Source: Pristiophorus japonicus
Lineage: Eukaryota
Length of the DNA stretch: 64,000 nt
Assembly (NCBI RefSeq): GCF_044704955.1
Contig: NC_091989.1
Location: 196,602,001-196,666,000, forward strand
Direction of reading: 5' to 3'
The stretch's first letter is position 1; each line of letters begins with the position of its first letter. Both the position numbers and the translations under genes were made by a program. Shown here piece after piece: positions 48,840-59,870 of the stretch. Under the pieces are notes generated by a model. That model made no database searches. It was not told where the DNA came from and saw only the letters and a program-made list of their open reading frames with translations.

Positions 48840-50240
48840 CCGGTGGGCTAGGGGAAGGAAGGGAAGGGAAGGGGTCCGGTGGGCTAGGGGAAGGACCCAG
48901 TGGGCTAGGGGAAGGAAGGGGAGGGGTCCGGTGGGCTGGGGGAAGGGAAGGGGCCCGGTGGGTTTGGGGAATGGAAGGGGCCCGGTGGGCTTGGGGAATG
49001 GAAGGGGCCTGGTGGACTAGGGGGAGGAAGGGAAGGGAAGGGGTCCGGTGGACTAGGGGGAGGGAAGGAAGGGGGTCCGGTGGGCTCGGGGAAGGGGCCC
49101 AATGGGCTAGGGGGAGGGGCCCGGTGGGCTAGGGGGAGGGAAGGGAAGGAAGGGGTCCGGTGAGCTAGGGGAAGGGAAGGGGCCCAGTGGGCTAGAGGAA
49201 GGGAAGGAAGGGGTCCGGTGGGCTGGGGGAAGGGAAGGGGTCTGGTGGGCTAGGAAAAGGGAAGGGAAGGGGCCCCGTGGGCCTGTGGAAGGGAAGGGGT
49301 CCGGTGGGCTAGGGGGAGGGAGGAAGGGAAGGGAAGGGGTCCGGTGGGCTAGGGGAAGGGAAGGAAGGGGTCCAGTGGGCTGGGGGAAGGGAAGGGGCCC
49401 GGTGGGTTTGGGGAATGGAAGGGGCCCGGTGGGCTTGGGGAATGGAAGGGGCCAGGTGGGCTAGGGGGAGGAAGGGAAGGGAAGGGTCCGGTGGGCTAGG
49501 GGAAGGGAAGAAAGGGGTCCGGTGGGCTAGGGGAAGGGAAGGGGCCCGGTGTGCTAGGGGAAGGGGCCGATGGGCTAGGGGGAGGGAAGGGAAGGAAGGG
49601 GTCCAGTGGGCTAGGGGAAGGGAAGGGAAGGGGCCCGGTGGGCTAAAGGAAGGGAAGGAAGGGGTCCGGTGGGCTAGGGGAAGGGAAGGGGCCCGGTGGG
49701 TTTGGGGAATGGAAGGGGCCCGGTGGAGGAAGGGAAGGGGTCCGGTGGGCTAGGGGGAGGGAAGGAAGGGGTCCGGTGGGCTAGGGGAAGGGAAGAGGCC
49801 CGGTGTGCTAGGGGAAGGGGCCCAATGGGCTAGGGGGAGGGCCCCGATGGACTAGGGGGAGGGGCCCGGTGGGCTAGGGGGAGGGAAGGGGCCCGATGGG
49901 CTAGGGGAAGGGAAGGGGTCTGGTGGGCTAGGAAAAGGGAAGGGAAGAGGCCCCGTGGGCCTGTGAAAGGGAAGGGGTCCGGTGGGCTAGGGGAAGGGGC
50001 CCGGTGGGCTAGGAGGAGGGAAGGGGCCCGATGGGGTAGGGGAGGGGCCCGGTGGGCTAGGGGAAGGGAAGGGGTCTGGTGGGCTAGGAAAAGGGAAGGG
50101 AAGGGGCCCCGTGGGCTAGGGGAAGGGAAGGGAAGGGGTCCGATGGGCTAGGGAAAGGGAAGGGGTCCGGTGGGCTAGGGAAAGGGCCTGGTGGGCTAGG
50201 GGAAGGGAAGGGAAGGGTCCTGGTGGGCTAGGGGAAGGAA
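48840..50240. repeat. 1.4-kb G-rich minisatellite (GGTGGGCTAGGGGAAGGGAAGGGGTCC)n
   Basis: Dozens of variant units with dense G-runs, continuing from an L2-like fragment at ~48545-48860. Confidence 0.93.
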
Positions 50241-50404
50241 GCGAAGTGGAAGAGCAGCTGATCGGATTTCCTACCAAAATGTATCACTTTGCATTTTCTA
50301 TGTTAAATTTAATCCGCCACGTGATCGCCCGTTCCACCAGCCTGTCCATGTCTTCTTGGAATCTGTCACTATCCTCCTCACTGTTCACTATACTTACACG
50401 TTTT

Positions 50405-51270
50405 ATGTGGATGGGAGGAAAAGCAATGTGTGAGGACACAAAAAATCTGCAAAAGGGCATAGACAGACTAAGTGAGTGGGCAAAAATTTGGCAGATGAAG
50501 ACTTTGGCAAAAAAAAAATCAAAGAGCTAGTTATTATTTAAATGGAGAAAGATTGCAAAGTGGGACCTGGGGGTACTTGTGCATGAAACACAAAAGGTTA
50601 GTATGAAGGTACAGCAAGTGATCAGTAAGGCCAATGGTATCTTGGCCTTTATTGCAAAGGGGATGGAGTATAAAAGCAGGGATGTCTTGATACAGTAATA
50701 CTGGGAATTGATGAGGCCACACCTGGAATATTGTGTGCAGTTTTGGTTTCCATATTTACGAAAGGTTATACTTGCTTTGGAGACAGTTCAGAGAAGGTTC
50801 ACAAGGTTGATTCCAGGGTTGAGGGGGTTGACTTATGAGGAAAGGTTGAGTAGATTGGGCCTCTACTCATTGGAATTCAGAAGAATGAGAGGTGATCTTA
50901 CTGAAATGTATAAGATTATGAGGGAGCTTGACAAGGTGGATGCATAGAGGATGTTTCCACTGATAGGGGAGACTAGAACTAGAGGGCATGATCTTAGAAT
51001 AAGGGGCCGCCCATTTAAAACAGAAACGAGGAGAAATTTCTTCTCTGAGGGTTGTAAATCTGTGGAATTCGCTGCCTCAGAGAGCTGTGGAAACTGGGAC
51101 ATTGAATAAAGTTAAGACAGAAATATAATTCTTAAACGATAAGGGGATAAGGGGTTATGGGGAGCGGGCGGGGAAGTGCAGTTGAGTCCATGATCGGGTC
51201 AGCCATGGCGGAGCAGGCTCGAGGGGCCATATGGCCTACTCCTGTTCCTATTTCTTATGTTCTTATGTCA
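50405..51270 (+). mobile_element. CR1 3' portion
   Basis: RPHLEYCVQFWFP...LYSLEFRRMRGDL; tail TTCTTATGTTCTTATGT. Confidence 0.9.
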
Positions 51271-52573
51271 TCTGAAAATTTCGAAATTGTGCCCTGTATA
51301 CCCAAGTCCAACTCATTGATATACATCAAGAAAAGCAGTGGTCCTAGTACCAATCCCTGGTCTGATTCCTCTCTATCTGTAGGAAATTAATAAGAACAGA
51401 AGAAATAGGAGCAGGAGTAGGACCTTTGAGCCTGCTCCGACATTTAATATCATGGCTGATTTTCTACTTTAGCTCCACCATCCCGCCCTATCCACATATC
51501 TTTCTAGTCAGTTAGTATCCAAAAATCAATCAATTTCTGTCTTAAATATACACAACGACTGAGCATCCACAGTTCTCTGGGGTAGAGAATTCCAAAAGAT
51601 TCACAGCCCCGAATGAAGAAATTTCTCCTCAGCTCAGTCCTAAATGGCCACCCCTTATTCTGAGACTGTGACTCCTAGTTCCAGACTCCCCTGCCAGGGG
51701 AAGCATCCTCCCAGCATCTACCCTGTCAACCCACCCCCTTATACCGATTTAGTTTGGTTGTTCAGATACAAGACCCTAGTTTCAGACTTAATTAAATCAC
51801 TCTCAAAATTCTATCATATTATGATCACTCTTCCCATGAGGCACCTTTACTACAAGGTTACTAATTAAGCCTCACATTGCACAATACTAGATCTAAAATT
51901 GCCTGTTCTCTAGCTGATTCCTTGACATATTGATCTAGAAAACTATCTTGAACTTGTTCTCTACACTATTACTACAAATTTGGTTTGCCCAGTCTATATG
52001 AAAATGGAAGACCTCCATGATTACTGTATTACCCGTGCTACATGCACCTCTAAATTTTGTGATTTAGCCTCTGCCTGACATTACAACTACTGATAGAGCA
52101 CCTATAAACTACTCCCACAAGAGTTTTCTTCCCCTTGTTGTTTCTTAGCTCCACCCAAATTGATTCTACATCTTGATTTTCTGAAAAATGTTATGAAATT
52201 GCCCGAATTCTGAAATTCAAAACCCCTTCCCTAAACCCTAAACCCTTTCTTCTTTCTTACAACAGTGACTACACTCCAAAAGTACTTAATTGGCTGTAAA
52301 GTGCTTTGCGAAGACTAGTGGTCATAAAAGGCGCTATTTAAATCCAAGTCTTTCTTTCTTTTTCTCCATTCTTAAAATCCTTAAAACCCATATTTTCAGC
52401 CAAACTAATGGCCAATTGTGGCTCAATGTTTGTTCATTTTGTTTTTCCCTCTGAATTGCCGACATTTGTTCGTCTGTATTAAAGTTGGATTAGAAATGCA
52501 GATAATTTGAAACGTGACACATGGTAAGTGTAGCCTGTTGAGTGTGCAAAACAAAACTTGCATCAAAACTGAG

Positions 52574-52763
52574 TTTATTTCCTTCAATATAAAAAGTATG
52601 TCCCGATCATGCTCACCCCCCCCACCCTGCTCTGAAACTATTTTGCCGAGGCTACACAGACAGGGTCAGGATTTACACACTGCTTCTCAATCTCATCGAA
52701 ACCCATTGGGGAAATTGGGATCAAAAAACAAATATTTCATCCCGAGAATGAAAAACGTTTATT
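52574..52763 (-). terminator. Candidate CHTF8 poly(A) signals (AATAAA at 52763-52758 and 52579-52574)
   Basis: Minus-strand AATAAA hexamers, the distal one followed by GT/T-rich sequence (GTTTTGTTTTG). Confidence 0.5.
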
Positions 52764-52998
52764 TCTCTGCCGTGTCAATTCATTCTACAAAGCACAAAAT
52801 ACTGGAGATGCTGGAAATCTGAAACAGAAAATGGTGGAGACACTCAGCAGGTCAGGCAGTGTTTGTGGAGAGGGAGAAATGCTGGTGTTTCAGGTTAGCC
52901 CTTCCCGCAATTGTAGGGAAAACTTTTGAAATTACTGAGTTCTCGAGTCGTATTCTCTCCCTCTGGATGGCCCAGGACAGGTTACAGTGTGGAGCAGA

Positions 52999-54050
52999 CA
53001 CATAGAAAATAGGTGCAGGAGTAGGCCATTCAGCCCTTCTAGCCTGCACCGCCATTCAATGAGTTCATGGCTGAACATGAAACTTCAGTACCCCATTCCT
53101 GCTTTCTCGCCATACCCTTGATCCCCCGAGTAGTAAGGACTTCATCTAACTCCCTTTTGAATATATTTAGTGAATTGGCCTCAACTACTTTCTGTGGTAG
53201 AGAATTCCACAGGTTCACCACTCTCTGGGTGAAGAAGTTTCTCCTCATCTCGGTCCTAAATGGCTTACCCCTTATCCTCAGACTGTGTCCCCTGGTTCTG
53301 GACTTCCCCAACATTGGGAACATTCTTCCTGCATCCAACCTGTCCAAACCCGTCAGAATTTTAAACGTTTCTATGAGGTCCCCTCTCATTCTTCTGAACT
53401 CCAGTGAATACAAGCCCAGTTGATCCAGTCTTTCTTGATAGGTCAGTCCCACCATCCCGGGAATCAGTCTGGTGAATCTTCGCTGCACTCCCTCAATAGC
53501 AAGAATGTCCTTCCTCAGGTTAGGAGACCAAAACTGTACACAATACACCAGATGTGGCCTCACCAAGGCCCTGTACAACTGTAGCAACACCTCCTTGCCC
53601 CTGTACTCAAATTTCCTCGCTATGAAGGCCAACATGCCATTTGCTTTCTTAACCGCCTGCTGTACCTGCATGCCAACCTTCAATGACTGATGTACCATGA
53701 CACCCAGGTCTCTTTGCACCTCCCCTTTTCCTAATCTGTCACCATTCATATAATAGTCTGTCTCTCTGTTTTTACCACCAAAGTGGATAACCTCACATTT
53801 ATCCACATTATACTTCATCTGCCATGCATTTGCCCACTCACCTAACCTATCCAAGTCACTCTGCAGCCTCATAGCATCCTCCTCGCAGCTCACACTGCCA
53901 CCCAACTTAGTGTCATCCGCAAATTTGGAGATACTACATTTAATCCCCTCGTCTAAATCATTAATGTACAATGTAAACAGCTGGGGCCCCAGCACAGAAC
54001 CTTGCGGTACCCCACTAGTCACTGCCTGCCATTCTGAAAAGTCCCCATTT
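52999..54050 (-). mobile_element. Young 5'-truncated CR1 with a long open ORF2 C-terminus
   Basis: 327-aa ORF from [10 protein letters not shown] and KFADD to NSLPQKVVEA; intact 3' tail. Confidence 0.95.
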
Positions 54051-54637
54051 ACATGGCCCAGGTTAGTGTGGAGCAGACCCCCCCCCTATTATACACGGCC
54101 CAGGTCAGCACAGGTTAGTGTGGAGCCACAGTAATGGGAGGTTTGGTTAGTTATTTTGCTGCAATCAGTAAATTATTCCTAAAAAGATTTCCCCACCCTG
54201 AATGTCTCCAATTCCCCAAAACCCCAATGTCTTGCTCTCCTTTGAATATAGTTTGTGAAAAGGTGAGACTGACAAAAGGAAATACTTACTATTTGTATAC
54301 AATTAAAAATTACCAGCTTGTAATCAAATCTGTTTTAAACACAGGTTTATCTTTTAAGGATCCATTTTTCTCAACGGTAACGTTCCAGAAGAAAATGCTG
54401 CAAAGATTCTGTGATTGTCACAAACAGACGTGGGCAAGCAGACAAACTGCACCATTTAACATCCCGTATTCAGTCAGTTGATGTCACGCAGATCTGCTGC
54501 TCGTGAAGAGTCCCGACAGGACAAACACCCATCGTGGAGTCTCGGCCCAGCCCCACCGCGGAGCCACAGTTCCACCGTGGAGTCCCGGTCCCACCACGGA
54601 GCCGGAGCCACAGCTCCACCGTGGAGCCCCGGCCCCA

Positions 54638-54895
54638 TTACACCTTCTTGGGCACATTAGTAATAATGGGCTTTGGACGGGTTTTGAAGATTATTTTTTT
54701 CTTGATGAGCGCAGTGATCAGGTAGCAGGTTGAAGTGCTCGCTTCACTCGCTCCTTGCTCAGGTCCCTCGGTTTCCATCGGGCTCTCGGCTCCGGCCTTT
54801 GTGGCGGTCTGTTTTACCAGCACTGCAAATGGCCTCTCCAGGTGGCTGACTTTACCATACAGGATGTGGTGGCCAATTATCAGTATTGGGACTCC
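54638..54895 (-). CDS. CHTF8: CHTF8, last coding exon
   Basis: CCCCAG|[28 protein letters not shown]...[27 protein letters not shown]; Ctf8 signature FKTRPKPI. Confidence 0.96.
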   Translation of the reverse strand, partial: GVPILIIGHHILYGKVSHLERPFAVLVKQTATKAGAESPMETEGPEQGASEASTSTCYLITALIKKKIIFKTRPKPIITNVPKKV

Positions 54896-55129
54896 CTGGG
54901 GATGGGGAAAGAGCAAATTAAATGCACCACAGAGATTTCTCAATCCAGAAAATGGAAGGACAAAACAATCTTATTGATTACCAAAATCGAGTAGAGATAT
55001 TCTGGCCAGTAACAGATGTAGGATCGAACCTCAAACCAACAAACAGGAGCACCCTGGACTAATGGCCAAATGCAGCCAGGTATGGTACCGAGCTACGCAC
55101 ACCTGGCAGGGATAGTGACTCGGACATGC

Positions 55130-55880
55130 ATTAGCTGATCAACGAGAGCGTGGATTAGTGACGGGTAGACCATGTACGACTAATCTAGCTGAGGTCTTCA
55201 GCAGGAAGAGACAAAGGGGCAGACAGAGAGTGGACAAAATTATAGTAAATGGAGTTCAATGTGGGGAAGTGTGAGGTCATCCACTTCAGATTGAGAACAA
55301 CAAATCAAAATATTTTCTTAATGTCGAGAAACTAAGAGCTGTGGAGCAAAGGGATTTAGGGATCCATGTCCAGAAATTATTAAAAAGGCTAATGGAATGT
55401 TGGCCTTTACCTAAGGGGGCTGGAAGTGATGCTTCAGTTGTACAGAGCCTTGGTCAGACCCCTTCTGGATACTGCATTCAGTTCTGGGCACCGCACCTCA
55501 GGGATGATATATCGCCTTGGAGGGGATGCAGAGCAGATTTTCCAGAATGATACCGGGGCTAAAAGGATTAAATTACGAGAACAGGTTGCACAGACTGGGC
55601 CTGTATTTCCTTGAGTATAGAAGATTAAGGGGTGATCCAATTGTTTAAGATGATTGAAGGAGTTGATTGGATAGATCGAGACTATTCCCTCTAGTGGGGG
55701 GAGTCCAGAACAAGGAGGCATAACCTTAAAATTGGAGTCAGGCTGCTCAGGGGTAATGTCAGAAAGCACTTCTTCACAGAAAAGGTATTGGAAATCTGGA
55801 ACTCTCTGCCCCAAAAGCTGTTGAGGCTGGGGGTCAACTGAAATGTTCAAGACTAAGATGGACAAATTCTTGTTGGGTGA
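55130..55880 (+). mobile_element. Degraded CR1 in CHTF8 intron
   Basis: LQLYRALVRP remnant and TRRHNLK...HFFTEKVLEIWNSL-like end. Confidence 0.75.
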
Positions 55881-56019
55881 GCTAACACAGTTCAGACCCA
55901 CACATGGAGAATAGCCAATTGATGAGTTGCCAGATACCTAGGTGAGCAGCAGAGAGAGAGAGAGGGTGTAATGAGAATGTAGAGATTACAAGAGGAGCAA
56001 TGAGTGGAGAAATTGTGGT

Positions 56020-56395
56020 GTGTTGAGGGGTGGGGAGGGCAGTGTATTGAGGGGCGAGGAGGGCGGCGTGCTGAGGGGTGGGAGGGGCAGTGTGTTGAGG
56101 GGCAGGAGGGGCAGTGTGTTGAGGGGCGGTGTGTTGAGGGGGAGGGGTGTGTTGAGGGGGGGATGGGGATGGGGATGGGGAGGGCGGTGTATTGAGGGGG
56201 GGATGGGGAGTGCGGTGTGTTGAGGGGGGGATGGGGAGGGCGGTGTGTTGAGTTGAGGGGGGGGGGTGTGTTGAGGGGGGGGGGTGTGTTGAGGGGGGGG
56301 TGTGTTGAGGGGGGGGTATGTTGAGGGGGGGGGTTATGTTGACGGGTGAGGAGGGTGGTGTGTTGAGGGGGGGAATGGGGAGGGCGGTGTGTTGC
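56020..56395. repeat. G-rich (GTGTTGAGGGG)n tract in CHTF8 intron
   Basis: Tandem G-run units. Confidence 0.9.
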
Positions 56396-56407
56396 GGGCT
56401 CTTTTAC

Positions 56408-56525
56408 CTCTTTCGTGTAGTGCAGGTCTCCCATCAGGTTTCCAGCCAGGCCTGAGTGGTGCCGAGACTCGATCTCTCCCTGCAGCTCCATCATTACCCA
56501 TTCTGGGGTTGAGCCGTCCCCTGGT
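56408..56525 (-). CDS. CHTF8: CHTF8, coding exon 2 (118 nt)
   Basis: TTTCAG|...[32 protein letters not shown]|GTAAAA; 23+118 nt = 47 codons, restoring phase 0. Confidence 0.96.
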
Positions 56526-56724
56526 CTGAAAGTAGAGAATACATCAAACTGCAGCACAGCAAGCTGAGGGTCACTGAGGCACAACATCTGATGGAAACCA
56601 CTAAAAATTACTAGGTCTGAAGAAAAATGTGTAATTTCCCCCATTCTCTCTATCGGTCTATCTATCTATCTGTCTCGCTCACACACACTCTCTCTCTCTC
56701 TCTGTCATCCTCCATCTCTCACAC

Positions 56725-57050
56725 GGTCCTGGGGCCAATATTTATCCCTCAATCAACATTATAAAAACAGATTATCTGGTCACGATCACATTGTTGTTTG
56801 TGGGCTCAAATTGGCAAACCCTACATTACAGCACTGACTACATTGTACATTCATTGGCTGCAAAGCGCTTTGAGACGTGCGATGGCGGTGAAAGGCGCTA
56901 TGTAAATGCCGGTGAAAGGCGCTATGTAGGTGGCGGTGAAAGGCGCTATGTAAATGCCGGAGGCGGTGAAAGGCGCTATGTAAATGCCGGAGGCGGTGAA
57001 AGGCGCTATGTAAATGCCGGAGGCGGTGAAAGGCGCTATGTAAATGCCGC
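56725..57050 (+). mobile_element. Deu-SINE 3' half with its terminal 30 bp tandemly repeated
   Basis: GGCCAATATTTATCCCTCAATCAAC body, then ~5 units of GGCGGTGAAAGGCGCTATGTAAATGCCGGA. Confidence 0.8.
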
Positions 57051-57062
57051 GCTATCTCTCAC

Positions 57063-57085
57063 CCTCTCACAATTATTTGAACCAT
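57063..57085 (-). CDS. CHTF8: CHTF8, coding exon 1 (23 nt)
   Basis: AAAAC ATG GTT CAA ATA ATT GTG AGA GG|GTGAGA = MVQIIVRG, matching the MVQIVISS start of human CHTF8; phase 2 fits exon 2. Confidence 0.88.
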
Positions 57086-57296
57086 GTTTTTATCACGCAG
57101 CCGGTTTTCAGTTTTCCCGCCTACCGTCACTTCCGTTGACCCGCGGAGCTGCAGCGTCAGCTTCCGGGTGAAGGGTCAGACCTCGCGGACCGCGCGGAGA
57201 AAAAAACGAAACCCGGAGCCCGGCCCCCGACCCGAGCCGAGAGCCTCGGGCCCCCAGAGACAGACCCTGAGGCCTGACCCTGAGGCCGGGCCCATC
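57086..57296. promoter_or_regulatory. Bidirectional CpG-island promoter of CHTF8 and UTP4
   Basis: 211 bp between divergent ATGs; CpG-rich; ETS/GABP motifs ACTTCCG (57129-57135) and CTTCCGG (57161-57167). Confidence 0.75.
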
Positions 57297-57452
57297 ATGG
57301 GCGAGTTCCAGGTGCACCGGGTGCGGTTCTTCGCCTTTGTGCCGGCGGCGATCCGCTGCCTGGCCTACAGCGGCCGGGGGCGCCTGGCGCTGGCGCGGTG
57401 CAACGGCTCGGTGGAGATCTTCAACCCGGCCAGCAACTTCAACCAGGAAAAG
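57297..57452 (+). CDS. UTP4: UTP4 (cirhin, WD40 SSU processome component), coding exon 1
   Basis: ATCATGG Kozak; MGEFQVHRVRFF...GSVEIFN...QEK|GTAAAC, matching human MGEFKVHRVRFF. Confidence 0.95.
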
Positions 57453-57908
57453 GTAAACCCGCGGCCCCGGCCCCGGCCCCGGCCCAGCACACACAGCTCA
57501 CATCCTCCCGCAGTGCTGAGGGAGCGCCGCACTGTCGGAGGGACAGTACTGAGGGAGTGCCGCACTGTCGGAGGGGCTGTCTTTCATTTGAGATATTAAA
57601 CCGAGGTCTGGTCTTCCTTCTCGGGTGGATGTAAAAGATCGCTTGGCACTATTCGAAGAAGAGCAGGGAGTTCTGGCCAATATCCTTTAATCAACATCAT
57701 TAAAAACATGATTTGGTCATTCATCAATTTTCTGTTTGTGGGATCTTGCTGTCTGTAAATTGACTGCTGCATTTCCCTTGTTCTTTCTTTCTGGATTATG
57801 TACTGGTGTCCTGGACTGGAGCTTGAATAATGGAGTAAAGCTGATGTGGGTGCATGAGCTGGATACTCACAGCACACTATCGATTAACTGAACCTTTCCT
57901 GTTTACAG

Positions 57909-58100
57909 GTGATTCCTGGGGATGACAAGAGGTTAATTGAAGCAATCAGCTGGGTTGGTCAGGATCGCCTTCTGAGTGTGGGATTGAATGGAGAAATCAT
58001 CGAGTTTGACCTGCAGAGACTCTGTCCCAAGTACAGACTGGATGCTTTCGGAGGCCCTCTCTGGTGCATGAGCTGTAACTGCGAGGAGACTCATCTGGCG
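57909..58100 (+). CDS. UTP4: UTP4 coding exon 2 (192 nt)
   Basis: TTACAG|VIPGDDKRLIEAISW...GLNGEIIEFDL...DAFGGPLW...HLA|GTTAGT. Confidence 0.95.
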
Positions 58101-58235
58101 GTTAGTACAGGGTGATCCATGCACAGGTTAAAGACTGTGCAGTTAAAAAAAATCTAAACTGGACTATAAACGTATTGGGATATCCGAGGATACAGCTCTT
58201 ACTTTGTGGGACATAATTTTTCTTCTGATTTAATT

Positions 58236-58600
58236 TGTGCTGTACCTGCCCTGGGAGTGTTTGATGGGACAGTGTAGAGGGAGCTTTACTCTGTATCTAA
58301 CCCGTGCTGTACTTGCCCTGGGAATGTTTGATGGGACAGTGTAGAGGGAGCTTTACTCTGTATCTAACCCGTGCTGTACTTGCCCTGGGAATGTTTGATG
58401 GGACAGTGTAGAGGGAGCTTTACTCTGTATCTAACCCGTGCTGTACCTGCCCTGGGACTGTTTGATGGGACAGTGTCGAGGGAGCTTTACTCTGTATCTA
58501 ACCCATGCTGTACCTGCCCTGTGAGTGTTTGATGGGACAGTGTCGAGGGAGCTTTACTCTGTATCTAACCCTTGCTGTACGTTCCCTGGGAGTGTTTGAT
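58236..58600. repeat. 67-bp minisatellite in UTP4 intron
   Basis: About 5.4 units of TGTACCTGCCCTGGGAGTGTTTGATGGGACAGTGTAGAGGGAGCTTTACTCTGTATCTAACCCGTGC. Confidence 0.95.
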
Positions 58601-58816
58601 AAGGAGGAAAACATATTTTATATCTGAATAAATTTCTTGAAACATCAATTTTAAAGTGAATTTGAGTCTGAGTGAAGAGTTTTCTTTCTCTTCAAAACTC
58701 TCACCCACTGTGAGTGTGAAGTGAAGAGTTTTATTTTAATACGATTGCTGCATCTTACTGTGTTTCTGGCCTGGGTCTGTGTGCACTGGTTGCTGAAGGT
58801 TCTCTGTTATCTGCAG

Positions 58817-58901
58817 GTCGGCTGTGAAGATGGCTCAGTCAAGCTGTTTGAGATTGTTCCAGAAAAACTTCAGTTTGAGAGAAATCTGGATCGTCAAAAA
58901 G
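58817..58901 (+). CDS. UTP4: UTP4 coding exon 3 (85 nt)
   Basis: CTGCAG|VGCEDGSVKLFEIVPEKLQFERNLDRQK G|GTGTGT. Confidence 0.95.
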
Positions 58902-59780
58902 GTGTGTGTTTTTTAATGGATAAAAGGATAAAGCTATTATATCTGGATTCCTGAGTCCAGTATCGCACTCTGACCAGAGGCTGTGACCCTCACTGAGACG
59001 GGACGGGAGGGGCTCTGTCTCTGTCTCTGCAACCCAGCACAAGAGGAGCTACCTGACATTGCCATTGGAATGTGTGTTTGGGGGTGGGGGGGAGGTGTCT
59101 GAGTTTCACAGTGAAGAGCACAGGAATAGAGACGGCACTTTGGAAAGTGTGACTGGACTTCAGGAGATTATAGACAGAGTGGTGAAATGGGCAAACACAT
59201 GGCAGTTGAAATTTAACCCAGAGAAATGTACAATGAAGCATTTTTGAAGAAAGAATGAGAGTCAATATTAACTAAATGATACAATTTTAAAAGGGAGTGC
59301 AGGAACAGGTACCTGAGGTGTATGTACACAAATCTGGAAGGTGGCAGGACAAGTTGAGAAGGCTGCTAAAAACATATGGAATCCTTTATCAATAGACAAC
59401 AGAGTGCCAAAGCAAGGACTTTATCAAACTCAAGAAAGATTTGAAACTGTTTCCAGTGGCAGGAGGGTCAGTAACCAGAGGTCGCAGATTTAAGATAGTT
59501 GGCAAAAGAGCCATAGGGGAGGTGAGAATTTTTTTAATGCAACAAGTTGTTGTGATCTGGAACGCGCTGCCTGAAACGGTAGTGGAAGAAGATTCAATAG
59601 TAACTTTCAAAAGGGAATTGGATACATACTGGGAGGGGAAAATTTGCAGGGCTATGGGGAAAGAGCGGGGAGTGGGACTAATTGTATAGATGTTTGAAAG
59701 AACCAACACTGCCTCTCTCTGTACTATAAGATTCTATGAATTGACAGCAGGAACATGATGGGCTTCTCTCTCTTTGGCAG

Positions 59781-59870
59781 GTCGTGTGCTCTCTCTGGCC
59801 TGGCACAAGTCGGGCACAATGATTGCGACAGGGTCACTGGATGTTATCCGAGTTTTTGATGTGAAGTCTG
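59781..59870 (+). CDS. UTP4: UTP4 coding exon 4 (90 nt)
   Basis: TGGCAG|(G)RVLSLAWHKSGTMIATGSLDVIRVFDVKS G|GTAAGT; not in the ORF track. Confidence 0.93.

Noticed and set aside
52795-52915. Penelope terminal-repeat remnants (also ~41445-41510) as possible hammerhead ribozymes
   Set aside because: GAAA and part of a stem are present on the minus strand, but the CTGANGA core is degenerate or missing.
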